DNA of 29,840 nucleotides from a virus (IMGVR_UViG_3300005077_001076:1-29840), one strand, 5' to 3'; counted from the stretch's first letter, positions 17,111 to 26,160 are shown. Notes: generated from the sequence alone by a model not told the origin. Translations and numbers: made by a program.

Positions 17111-17470
17111 ATGGCTACGAAAGTAGCAAAATATTCTCATAAGCCTGATATTAGTGGGCAAAAAAATCCCAATTATGGTAAGCGTGGTAAAGGAGTAACT
17201 AATTGGCGTGGGGGAGTTCATATTACATCACAGGGATATACATCTATCCGCAATACAGATCATCCTAATAATGTTAATGGTTATGTTCTTTTACATCGTT
17301 TAATGGTGGAAGAAAAATTAGGTAGATATTTAGAAAAAGATGAAATTATCCATCATAAAAATGGAATTCGTAATGATAATAGACTTGAAAATTTAATTAT
17401 TGTAACAAGAAAAAAACATAAGGGATTTGTAATATGTCCTTATTGTAGAGAGGAGTTTTGTATTGAATAA
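17111..17470 (+). CDS. HNH homing endonuclease
   Basis: NWRGG, GYVLLHRLMVE..LGRYL..DEIIHHKNGIRNDNRLENL. Confidence 0.9.
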   Translation: MATKVAKYSHKPDISGQKNPNYGKRGKGVTNWRGGVHITSQGYTSIRNTDHPNNVNGYVLLHRLMVEEKLGRYLEKDEIIHHKNGIRNDNRLENLIIVTRKKHKGFVICPYCREEFCIE

Positions 17471-17471
17471 T

Positions 17472-18773
17472 ATGAGTAATAAGATTGCAATCTTTACCAC
17501 ATTCTCACAGTATAGTGAAGCTTATTCCCTTAACCGTGTAGTCATGAATCAGATTCGAATGTTAGTGGATCATGGTTATAAACCGGTGGTGATAGTCGGG
17601 CAGAATTTTATTCCTGTTTATGATTTTGCTGATCCGGCAGTTGAAATAAGGCATATTCCGGATGTTCCGGTTTTTAATGAAATTAAATGTGATCCGACTT
17701 TCGATCAGGATGTTCTAGCTATAGAAAAAGAATTATCATTGGCTTTAGTTGATTGCCGGGTAGTATTAACTCATGATATTGTTTACCAGACGGCAGCTGT
17801 AAAACACTTGATTGCTGCTAAGAGAATAGCTAAAAGGCGACCCGAAATTAGATGGCTTCATTGGATTCATTCAGCTACAAGTCCATATACGCTTCAGGAT
17901 TTAAGACCATATTTTGTAGATGAATATGTGAATATCATTCAAGATAAGTTTCCTAATAGCTTTTATGTATTCTTCAATCATTATTCGATTCCCCGGATAG
18001 CTAATAACTTTAAGGTGGATGATGAGGATGTAAAGATAATTCATCATCCGACTGATTTGAAAGCATTTTATAAAATTGATGATAATGCTTGGTATTTGTT
18101 TAAAGCCAAAAAGATTCATCAGGCGGACATAATCTGCACCTATCCAGTCAGGCTTGATAGGGGTAAACAAGTGGAAAAAGTAATTAAGATAATTGCTAGT
18201 TTTAAAAAACTTCAAAAAACTGTCAGATTGATTGTGGCTGATTTTCATTCAACCGGAGGAGATAAGGTAGTTTACCGTGATGAGTTGAAACAGATTGCGA
18301 TAGATTGGGGATTAAATGATGATGAGATTACTTTTACCAGTGAATATCTGCCGGATTGGAATGTAGAAGTACCATATTCAACTGTGGCTGATTTTATGCA
18401 TTTATCAAATGTTTTTGTTATGCCATGTGTATCTGAAAGTTATTCGTTAATTACTCAGGAAGCTGGAATATCGGGAACTGCTATGGTAGTTAATTTTGAT
18501 TTTCCGCCTTTCAGGGATATATTTGGTTGGGAGCCTTATCAGGCAAAGTTTTCCAGTAATATTGATATGATGACAGGGTTGGATGGGAATACTACTACAA
18601 CTCCAAATAATGAACAGGAGTTTTATCTTCAGCTTGCTAAATGTTTAGATTATGAATTTGTTCATAATAGAGTATTATCATTAAAAACCAAATTAAGGAG
18701 GGATCGGAATTTGGATAGTATATTTGAGAAAGAACTTGAACCTCTTCTCAATTATGTTCCACCGGTAAAATAA
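17472..18773 (+). CDS. GT-B glycosyltransferase (GT4-like; start likely ATG 17472)
   Basis: RLDRGKQVE and 'VFVMPCVSESYSLITQEAG' (EX7E) motif. Confidence 0.88.
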   Translation: MSNKIAIFTTFSQYSEAYSLNRVVMNQIRMLVDHGYKPVVIVGQNFIPVYDFADPAVEIRHIPDVPVFNEIKCDPTFDQDVLAIEKELSLALVDCRVVLTHDIVYQTAAVKHLIAAKRIAKRRPEIRWLHWIHSATSPYTLQDLRPYFVDEYVNIIQDKFPNSFYVFFNHYSIPRIANNFKVDDEDVKIIHHPTDLKAFYKIDDNAWYLFKAKKIHQADIICTYPVRLDRGKQVEKVIKIIASFKKLQKTVRLIVADFHSTGGDKVVYRDELKQIAIDWGLNDDEITFTSEYLPDWNVEVPYSTVADFMHLSNVFVMPCVSESYSLITQEAGISGTAMVVNFDFPPFRDIFGWEPYQAKFSSNIDMMTGLDGNTTTTPNNEQEFYLQLAKCLDYEFVHNRVLSLKTKLRRDRNLDSIFEKELEPLLNYVPPVK

Positions 18774-18774
18774 T

Positions 18775-19548
18775 ATGGAAAACGCATTTGTTTTAGGATT
18801 TGGATTTGTCGGTAAGGCAACTGCCAGAGCTTTGAGGATTCCTTACTATTTTAGCAAATCGGAAGCCAATATAACTTTAGAACAAGCATCGAAAAAATTA
18901 TTTTGCATCATCTGCCTTCCGACTCCGACAGACGAGAAAGGTGGTCAGGGTCCTTCGGTGCAGGTGATACTTGATTATATAAAACAGATAATTGAATATG
19001 GTAATAGAAATATTTTTGTTATTAGATCTACTGTGCTTCCGGGAACTTGTAGATATTTATCAGAACAAGTAGGTGGAGCTATGGTAGTTTCTAATCCGGA
19101 ATTTTTGTCAGAATCAACTGCTGATTTTGACGCAGCCCATCCCAGAATAAAAGTTATTGGAGCAGATGCTATGCCGGAATTAAAAGCTGTAAGTGAATTA
19201 TGGAAACCGATTCAATGTAAGTTGGAAATAAAATGCGATACGGTAACTGCCGAAATGATTAAGTATGTTTTTAATGTTTTTGCAGCCACTAAAGTTGTAT
19301 TTGCCAATCAAATTTTTGATATGTGTGAAAAGACCGGAGCAGATTATGGAAAAATTCATGATGTTTTGCACTATCATCCATGGGGGTCTAAACACCATTT
19401 TAATATAATTGATAAGGGTGGAAGAGGAGCTGGAGGACATTGTATTCCGAAAGACTTAAAGGCTTTTGCTACATATACAAATTCTGATTTATTTAAAATT
19501 ATTGAGAGGCTTAATCAGGAGTATCTGATTAGCAGTAAAAAAGTATGA
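18775..19548 (+). CDS. UDP-glucose/GDP-mannose dehydrogenase family protein, short form
   Basis: GFGFVG, CLPTP, RSTVLPGT, NPEFLSE, AEMIKY..N, GGHCIPKD catalytic motif; lacks C-terminal domain. Confidence 0.9.
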   Translation: MENAFVLGFGFVGKATARALRIPYYFSKSEANITLEQASKKLFCIICLPTPTDEKGGQGPSVQVILDYIKQIIEYGNRNIFVIRSTVLPGTCRYLSEQVGGAMVVSNPEFLSESTADFDAAHPRIKVIGADAMPELKAVSELWKPIQCKLEIKCDTVTAEMIKYVFNVFAATKVVFANQIFDMCEKTGADYGKIHDVLHYHPWGSKHHFNIIDKGGRGAGGHCIPKDLKAFATYTNSDLFKIIERLNQEYLISSKKV

Positions 19549-19718
19549 GTGCCAAAATGGAGTTTATAAAATGCAGAAGGTGTGGATGCGAATATTTGAA
19601 ATGGGCAAATCCTTTATGCAGGAAATGTTGGAAAAAAGTGAAGGATAGCTATATTCCATCTATTAATGAGATTAATAATTTTACGACTCAACCAATGGAA
19701 GAAAGGAAAATAGTATGA
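19545..19718 (+). CDS. 57-aa zinc-finger protein
   Basis: MSAKMEFIKCRRCGCEYLKWANPLCRKCW...; ATGA overlaps at both ends; not in ORF track. Confidence 0.7.
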   Translation: MSAKMEFIKCRRCGCEYLKWANPLCRKCWKKVKDSYIPSINEINNFTTQPMEERKIV

Positions 19719-20518
19719 AATTTTCAATCTGCACTCCTGTAGTTTTTACTAAGGATGATGAAGATAATAAACGGCAGCCAAGATATGAACTTTTTATCCG
19801 CTGTATGAATTCTGTTCTAACCCAGACATTTGAAGATTTTGAATGGGTGATAGTAGATGATAAATGTCAGCCTATGGTTGAAGAATTAATCCCTAAAGAT
19901 AAAAGAATTAAAGTAATCAGACTTGTTGAGAAAGGCGGAAGGTTGGTAGCCAGAAATTTAGCAATGGAAAATGCTTCCGGAGAATGGATTACATGGCTTG
20001 ATGGTGATGATGAATATTCTTCAGTTTATTTGGAAGCTATGAATAAGGCTTCTTTAATTTATCCTGATTACAAAATGTTTAATATGAATCATCTGATTTT
20101 TGGATATGATTATACAGTTAATATTAGAAAATTTATTAATATGGATGATATTGGAGAACATCCATTTGGATCAGGTACGGTTGGAGCTGGATCTTTTATT
20201 TTTAAAAGGGAACTTTTTGAACAAATCGGAAAAATTCCGGAATTAGGTTTGTGGCAACTTTCCGAGTGGGCAATGGATTATTATCCTGAAGTACAGCCAT
20301 TTTTTTGGAATGAACAGAAACAGGCATATAACTCTTTGGGAAATCCGTGGGGTGAAGATTGGCTTTATTTCTATATGTTAACTAGAAAAAATAAGTGTAA
20401 ATATCTGGATACGGCTTTATATTTTGTTCATTCACATTATGGACACCGGTTTAAGGAAGATCCGGATTATAGTTTTGGAGAGGAGGCTGGACCAATATGG
20501 CGGACCAATGTAAGGTAG
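19715..20518 (+). CDS. GT-A glycosyltransferase (GT2-like)
   Basis: SVLTQTFEDFEWVIVDD, ARNLAM..ASGEWITWLDGDD, GEDW. Confidence 0.92.
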   Translation: MKFSICTPVVFTKDDEDNKRQPRYELFIRCMNSVLTQTFEDFEWVIVDDKCQPMVEELIPKDKRIKVIRLVEKGGRLVARNLAMENASGEWITWLDGDDEYSSVYLEAMNKASLIYPDYKMFNMNHLIFGYDYTVNIRKFINMDDIGEHPFGSGTVGAGSFIFKRELFEQIGKIPELGLWQLSEWAMDYYPEVQPFFWNEQKQAYNSLGNPWGEDWLYFYMLTRKNKCKYLDTALYFVHSHYGHRFKEDPDYSFGEEAGPIWRTNVR

Positions 20519-21243
20519 ATATAGTTATGACGGTTTGGAACAGACCGAATTTTACCAGATTGGCATTAGATTCAATTATCAATAATACTAAACATAAATA
20601 CAGATTGATTGTGGTTGATAATGGATCCGAAACAGAAACACATCAGATTTTGGATATTTATTATAAGTCCGGTTATATAGACATACTGGTTAATCTGGAT
20701 AAGAATTATGGTCTGGAATATGCCAAACATAGGGCTATGACTTTTGTGGATTCAAGGCTTTTTATATCTACTGATAATGACATTATGGCTTATAAATATG
20801 ATCCTGATTGGTTAGATCAAATGATAGATTTAATAGACCAAAATCCGGAATATGCAGCTATTGGTTGTAGACCTCAAATATTAGTTGGAACTGGAAATAT
20901 TTTTGAAGGTAAAACAGAGGATATCATTGAGTTTTCCCATGTGCCCGGATATTTAAGAATTATGAGAACTGATTTTATTAAAGAAGCTGGAGCATGGAGA
21001 GATGAAAGGGAATTAAGAGGTCATGAGGAATATTGGATTTCTTTAAAATTAAAGGAAATGGGTATGAAAGTTGGATGGGCAAATAATATCCGTTGTTGGC
21101 ATTTATTTGGTAATAATAATTGGGGTTATGATAATAATTTAACTCCCGCAGAACATGGGCACGGAGAAGTATCTTCTCTTCCTCATGATGATCGGGAGGA
21201 AATCCTGAAAGGGACAGGAATAGATATATGGGTTATGCAATAG
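20497..21243 (+). CDS. GT-A glycosyltransferase (GT2-like)
   Basis: DIVMTVWNR, LIVVDNGS, NYG, TDND (DxD), HEE. Confidence 0.9.
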   Translation: MADQCKVDIVMTVWNRPNFTRLALDSIINNTKHKYRLIVVDNGSETETHQILDIYYKSGYIDILVNLDKNYGLEYAKHRAMTFVDSRLFISTDNDIMAYKYDPDWLDQMIDLIDQNPEYAAIGCRPQILVGTGNIFEGKTEDIIEFSHVPGYLRIMRTDFIKEAGAWRDERELRGHEEYWISLKLKEMGMKVGWANNIRCWHLFGNNNWGYDNNLTPAEHGHGEVSSLPHDDREEILKGTGIDIWVMQ

Positions 21244-21806
21244 CAGCTAAATTAAATAAAGAAATGGATGGAAATATTAAGTTACATCGGTTTAGATATC
21301 ATATGGCTTCTGGATTTATAACTAAAGATGATACGGTTATGGATCTTGGTTGCGGGACAGGATATGGAAGTTATATTCTGGCTGAACACGCTAAAAAGCT
21401 GTTTAGTTTTGATATGGAGAAGCAGAATATTGATTCTTGTATCCATGATTTTCAAAGATCTAATATTGATTATCAGGTAGCGGATTTGGAGAAAATAGAT
21501 CTTCCAGAATCTGATATATCAGTTATGTTTGAAGTTTTAGAGCATTTATATAAACCGGGTGATTTTGCTAAAAAATTAAAAAAAGCTACTAAAAAATATT
21601 TAGTTATGTCAGTTCCTTTATATCAGACTCTTGAATGGGATGAAGAAAAGCAGGAATACCATGAAAAAGGGGATCATACCCATAAGTCGGTATTTCCTAC
21701 CGAAGAAAGTTTTTTGGAGTTATTTGTAGATGATGTGTGGAAAGTATTTTTTTCATTTAGGATTGGAGTAACTTTTATTTGTATTTTTTATAATACTAAA
21801 GAATAA
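21228..21806 (+). CDS. Class I SAM-dependent methyltransferase
   Basis: HRFRY, VMDLGCGTGYG, FEVLEHL, SVP. Confidence 0.9.
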   Translation: MGYAIAAKLNKEMDGNIKLHRFRYHMASGFITKDDTVMDLGCGTGYGSYILAEHAKKLFSFDMEKQNIDSCIHDFQRSNIDYQVADLEKIDLPESDISVMFEVLEHLYKPGDFAKKLKKATKKYLVMSVPLYQTLEWDEEKQEYHEKGDHTHKSVFPTEESFLELFVDDVWKVFFSFRIGVTFICIFYNTKE

Positions 21807-21808
21807 AT

Positions 21809-22363
21809 ATGACATTTGAAGAAGTTTTGGATAAAGTCAAAACAGTTAAAGCATATTTAACTGAAGAAGATAAAAAAATATTATATGAATATGCTGGTCA
21901 AGTTGGAGATAATGGTTTGATTGTGGATATAGGGACAGCTTTTGGAGGATCGGCTTTTATAATGACTATCTCTTCAAAACCATCAGTTAAGGTTATAACG
22001 ATTGATCCAATAGATAATGAGTTTTTTAAAAGTTTTCATAACAGTTTACCTGAAAAAGATAAATTATCTTATATGAAAATGACATCTTTAGAAGCTGCTT
22101 ATAGTTGGGATAAAAAAGAAATAGATCTATTATTTATAGATGGAGTTCATAATTATAATGGAGTATCTAATGATTTATTGTCTTGGGGAACACTGGTTAA
22201 GACTAATGGTATTATATTAGCTCATGATTATTATTTATATGATGGTATTAGAAATGCTTTAGAAGATGCGGTTTTAAATGGATTTATGGAGAAATTGGAT
22301 GTAGTTGATGGATATTTTCAAAATGAAAAAAGAATAGGGATGTTTATAGGTAAAAAATTATGA
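21809..22363 (+). CDS. Class I SAM-dependent methyltransferase (Methyltransf_24-like, sugar O-methyltransferase type)
   Basis: IVDIGTAFGGS, TID, IDLLFIDGVHNY, GIILAHDY. Confidence 0.88.
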   Translation: MTFEEVLDKVKTVKAYLTEEDKKILYEYAGQVGDNGLIVDIGTAFGGSAFIMTISSKPSVKVITIDPIDNEFFKSFHNSLPEKDKLSYMKMTSLEAAYSWDKKEIDLLFIDGVHNYNGVSNDLLSWGTLVKTNGIILAHDYYLYDGIRNALEDAVLNGFMEKLDVVDGYFQNEKRIGMFIGKKL

Positions 22364-22905
22364 AACTAAAGATTAGACATGATGATTTTGATTTTAGAAT
22401 GGATTCTAAAGAATATATTGAGGTTCATGAGAAATTTATAGAAGCGGGAGTAACAGAGATAGCTGTACTCCAGTTTGCTCAGTTTGGGCATTTGGGTAAT
22501 TTCCGGTCAGAACTTATTACTTATATGAGAAATACTCCATATTGGGATTTTCAGATTCACGGTTGGCAGCATGAAGAATATGACAAGATGACCTTTGATG
22601 AATGTGTTCGTGATCTTTCTGCCTGTAAATGGATGACATGGGCATTATTTCAAAAAATTCCGACAATTTGGTTTCCGCCATGGAATAGATATAGTGAAGA
22701 AATGCAAAAAGCAGCCGACATGATGGGGTTTAAGATAGATAATGAAAGTTATGATATTCAAAAATTTATTCGTGAAGTAAAAGATGGAAGTTATCAAGGG
22801 CATTCACTATACTTCCATGCGTGGCAGAAAACAGAAAGGGAGGCAGTTCCAGAAATGCTGGAGCTTGTTAAGCTTTATGAAAATCGGGGATCTGGAATCA
22901 ACTAG
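22360..22905 (+). CDS. Polysaccharide deacetylase (NodB/CE4-like)
   Basis: IRHDD, QIHGWQH, FPPWN, YFH motifs. Confidence 0.8.
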   Translation: MKLKIRHDDFDFRMDSKEYIEVHEKFIEAGVTEIAVLQFAQFGHLGNFRSELITYMRNTPYWDFQIHGWQHEEYDKMTFDECVRDLSACKWMTWALFQKIPTIWFPPWNRYSEEMQKAADMMGFKIDNESYDIQKFIREVKDGSYQGHSLYFHAWQKTEREAVPEMLELVKLYENRGSGIN

Positions 22906-23401
22906 TAAAGGTAGATATTTGTTAAATACTTGGCTCATGCCAAGAATGGCTTCTATTCTAAAAACAGGGGAAGAAGTTCTATTTGTGGGGACTGATACTA
23001 ATTGGGATTACAAACCGTTTTTTTGGAACCCAGGGAAACAGTGTCCCTACATTACGATTGATATTGCTGAAAGATATAAACCGGATTTGGTGGCGGATAT
23101 TCAGAATTGTCCGCAGATTCCGGATAATAAATTTTCTTTGGTCATTATGATTGGGGTTCATGAATTTTTGGATCATATTGAACAGGCATATAGTGAAATA
23201 CACCGTATTCTCGTACCAAACGGTTATTTACTTATAGCTTTTCCGGGAAAAGGTTATTATCCAGATAATAGAGGAGTAGCATTTAATGATATTCAGACGA
23301 TTTTGAGCCATTACAGGACCTTAGAAACCTATTGTGTATGGGAAGGTAATCAAGAGCCTAATTCTGTAATTGTTTTGGCACAAAAGAAAGGTGGTGAATG
23401 A
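22877..23401 (+). CDS. SAM-dependent methyltransferase-like protein (start likely ATG 22877)
   Basis: VLFVG, YITID, PDLVADI, EIHRILVPNGYLLIAFP. Confidence 0.8.
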   Translation: MKIGDLESTSKGRYLLNTWLMPRMASILKTGEEVLFVGTDTNWDYKPFFWNPGKQCPYITIDIAERYKPDLVADIQNCPQIPDNKFSLVIMIGVHEFLDHIEQAYSEIHRILVPNGYLLIAFPGKGYYPDNRGVAFNDIQTILSHYRTLETYCVWEGNQEPNSVIVLAQKKGGE

Positions 23402-23402
23402 T

Positions 23403-23615
23403 ATGTTGCCATATTTAATGTTTGCGTGGTCGTGTATATTTCCGAAACCGCCGGTTCCGAATTTTCCACCGCCTCCACCACCTCCAGTGGTGAAGCCTCC
23501 GGTGCCAAATTTTCCAACTCCACCGGCACCTCCAGTGGTGAAACCGCCGGTTCCGAATTTTCCAACTCCACCGGCACCAAACTTTCCTACTCCGCCGTGT
23601 TGGTATTGCAAATAA
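23403..23615 (+). CDS. 70-aa proline-rich repeat peptide (start likely ATG 23403)
   Basis: SD AAAGGTGGTGA; repeats KPPVPNFP[PT]PP[PA]PPVV with mainly third-position variation; ends CWYCK. Confidence 0.7.
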   Translation: MLPYLMFAWSCIFPKPPVPNFPPPPPPPVVKPPVPNFPTPPAPPVVKPPVPNFPTPPAPNFPTPPCWYCK

Positions 23616-23616
23616 T

Positions 23617-24537
23617 ATGAAAATATTTGTCTTAGATTCATGGAGAGGTAAATTTACAAATCCAATAATAGACCATTGGAAAACTTTGGGACATGAAGTT
23701 AATTATAATGGTTCATTTGAGGAAATGGCTGATTGTGATATTGTTTTTGTTTATCCGGCAGACAATCAGTTGGTGGAAATCTCCACTCAGAAATTACCTA
23801 AACGTGGTAAGGTTTATGCTAATTGTATAGATATTGAAGCATGGACCGGACAACCACAGGCAGTAGATTGGAGTTATGTTGATGGCTTAACATTTATTTC
23901 TCCTCATATTATGAGGATGGTTTTAAGCCAAATAACTCCTCCGGAAAAGGTAAAGCTGATTAGACCTGGAATCAATCTGGACAAATTTTATTTACGACCT
24001 CCGGCTGACTTTACTAAACCTGTTCGAAGGGTGGCATATGTAACAGGCAGCCGGAGGATTTGGGATGTAAAAAGGCTTGATATAGCTTTAATGATGATTA
24101 GAGATCTTTTGGATAAAACAGGTTTGATATGGCAATTACATATTCTGGGAAGTTATTCATCTCATGTTCAGTACAATGATTATTGCGAGCATCTTTTGGA
24201 TAGTTTGGATTTGAGGAATTTCGTATTCTGGTATGAATATAGAGATGATATATCAAGCTGGTTGGATGATAAAGATTATTTCTTTATAGCTTCAACTAAA
24301 GAAGCATTTTCTTATGCTACAGCAGAAGCTATGGCTAAAGGAATAAAGCCGGTACTTGGTAATTGGAGAGGAGTTTCTGATACTTGGAGTATTTATGCGA
24401 ATAAAACTTATAATCGGATGTATGAAAGATTTATTGAAAAAGAATACAAGCCGGAAGAATATAGATCATTTGTAGTCAATCATTATGACGAAAAAAGATA
24501 TTTTAAGGAGCTTGATGAGTTTATTGGTTTAACTTAG
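23617..24537 (+). CDS. GT-B glycosyltransferase (GT4-like)
   Basis: PGINLDKF, KRLD, 'STKEAFSYATAEAMAKGIKPV' (EX7E). Confidence 0.88.
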   Translation: MKIFVLDSWRGKFTNPIIDHWKTLGHEVNYNGSFEEMADCDIVFVYPADNQLVEISTQKLPKRGKVYANCIDIEAWTGQPQAVDWSYVDGLTFISPHIMRMVLSQITPPEKVKLIRPGINLDKFYLRPPADFTKPVRRVAYVTGSRRIWDVKRLDIALMMIRDLLDKTGLIWQLHILGSYSSHVQYNDYCEHLLDSLDLRNFVFWYEYRDDISSWLDDKDYFFIASTKEAFSYATAEAMAKGIKPVLGNWRGVSDTWSIYANKTYNRMYERFIEKEYKPEEYRSFVVNHYDEKRYFKELDEFIGLT

Positions 24538-24553
24538 AAAGGTGGTGAATCTT

Positions 24554-24907
24554 ATGGTAGATACATATAATCCCGGTGGTATTATTCCTCCTCCGCCCAT
24601 AGATCTTAATCCTCCGGTTCAGGAGGCACAGGTAGTTCCGGAAAACAATACTCCTATTCCGGTAGGACCTATTGCTCCTGTTGTGGAATTGGATAAACCT
24701 GTTGAACATAAATACCGGGCTGTCAGGGGATCTGGAGATCAGGTATTTTTAATAGTAGAAAACAGGAAACATTGGGTTCTCAATCCAGAAACATTTTCCA
24801 AATTGGGATTTAAATTTGGAGAAGAGGAAAAAGTAGAACAAGCATATTTGTCTACGCTTCTTCCCGGAGAAACAATAACTAGTCAGAATTATACTAAGTT
24901 TTTATGA
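24554..24907 (+). CDS. Pro-rich protein with C-terminal surface-protein repeat-like domain (start likely ATG 24554)
   Basis: SD AAAGGTGGTGA; 'DQVFLIVENRKHWVLNPETFSKLGF...LSTLLPGETI'. Confidence 0.75.
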   Translation: MVDTYNPGGIIPPPPIDLNPPVQEAQVVPENNTPIPVGPIAPVVELDKPVEHKYRAVRGSGDQVFLIVENRKHWVLNPETFSKLGFKFGEEEKVEQAYLSTLLPGETITSQNYTKFL

Positions 24908-25836
24908 AACCAGAGATAACTTATATCGTACCATTAATACATGATATTTATATCAGTAGATATTTATATACATTATGGAAATATTCCGAACCTGGATCAT
25001 TTCGGGTGGTTGTTATTGATCAGTGTAAAAACAGAGTCAGACCTGAAGTTTGGAATTATATAAAAGATAAAGTTCATTTATATCTGCATCCGATTCGGAA
25101 TCTGGGTTATTCTAAAGCCTGTAATGAAGGGATTCTTCATGCTCTGCATTGGAAAACTCCCTATATATGTGTATCAAATGATGATATTGAAATTATGAAC
25201 AAACGATGGATTAATGGTATTTTTGAAACTTTTGAAATGGATAAAGAAAGAATTATGGCTGTAGTGCCTATGAGTCCTAGAGTGGCTGGTTGGGGATATG
25301 GGGTAAGTTATAATCCAGAGGTTCTTCCATATAAAGAAGAGTATTCTGAAGAAGAATATGACTATCTTATTAAAGGTGATTTTACAAATTATAAGGGTGA
25401 ACTTCCTAAAACTTACCCCAGAAAAATCTCCGGTACAGTAGTAGATGGAGCTGCATTTTCGATGCCGTATTTTAGAAGAGAAGCTTTTGAAAAGATCGGG
25501 CTTCTGGATGAGCATTTTTTCCCCGGATCAGGGGAGGATTATGATTGGAATGCCAGAGCTTATGTCAGAGGTTATAGAGTTGTGGCAACTAGTAAATCAT
25601 GGGTCTGGCATCATTGGACAAAATCTAAAGATTTATTTGCTTCCGGAACACTTGAAGATCCTTATTATAAACCGGAGGATCATCCTTACTGGAATAATAT
25701 AGGTGATCTTTATCCTCCAGTTATGAATGAGGGTAAAGATTTTGATGTTTGGGGATATTATCATAAGGAAGTAGATGGTAAAGATATTAAAGTTCCTTTA
25801 AAAAGAATTTCAGAAATATTCGTAGATCAAATTTAA
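24904..25836 (+). CDS. GT-A glycosyltransferase (GT2-like)
   Basis: VVVID, NLGYSKACNEG, SNDD, EKIGLLDEHFFPGSGEDYDW. Confidence 0.92.
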   Translation: MKPEITYIVPLIHDIYISRYLYTLWKYSEPGSFRVVVIDQCKNRVRPEVWNYIKDKVHLYLHPIRNLGYSKACNEGILHALHWKTPYICVSNDDIEIMNKRWINGIFETFEMDKERIMAVVPMSPRVAGWGYGVSYNPEVLPYKEEYSEEEYDYLIKGDFTNYKGELPKTYPRKISGTVVDGAAFSMPYFRREAFEKIGLLDEHFFPGSGEDYDWNARAYVRGYRVVATSKSWVWHHWTKSKDLFASGTLEDPYYKPEDHPYWNNIGDLYPPVMNEGKDFDVWGYYHKEVDGKDIKVPLKRISEIFVDQI

Positions 25837-25853
25837 GAGTATAATAGACTTAT

Positions 25854-26159
25854 ATGTCTATACTTGTTCATATAGAACGTCCTATTGGTGCAGCTACTTT
25901 ATCTGGTACATGGAATGGTAATACTGTAGCCATAAATGGTTTATTACAACAAATTCTAGTTAAACCTACGACTTCAAATACTGAATATGATTTTTATCTA
26001 ACTGATGATAAAAATAGGATTATTTATAATCAATCTGATATTACCGGTACTTTGAATGATGAGGTAAATATTCCCTTTAATGGTGTTTATACTATGACTC
26101 TTGAAAACGCTACTAGGGATGAAGCATTTGAAGTGTCTTTAAGTGTCAGGGAAAGGTAA
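25854..26159 (+). CDS. Small beta-sandwich-like protein, probably virion-associated
   Basis: Beta-rich 101 aa; TATAAT at 25840-25845 just upstream. Confidence 0.7.
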   Translation: MSILVHIERPIGAATLSGTWNGNTVAINGLLQQILVKPTTSNTEYDFYLTDDKNRIIYNQSDITGTLNDEVNIPFNGVYTMTLENATRDEAFEVSLSVRER

Positions 26160-26160
26160 T

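Noticed and set aside
17078-17135. Possible hammerhead ribozyme or group I intron around the HNH gene
   Set aside because: CTGACTAA does not match the CUGANGA core; flanking genes appear intact and there is no room for an intron core
23321-23641. Gly-rich antisense ORF and Ser/Thr-rich alternative frames (23350..23580, 23426..23620)
   Set aside because: Shadows of the Pro-rich repeat; the Pro frame has the SD, operon orientation and tight packing with neighbours
17472-25836. Interpretation as a host LPS/capsule locus or DNA-hypermodification cluster
   Set aside because: Flanked on both sides by virion genes with gene overlaps; no transport/polymerase genes and no nucleotide-modifying enzymes in the window. 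DNA modification is disfavoured but not formally excluded
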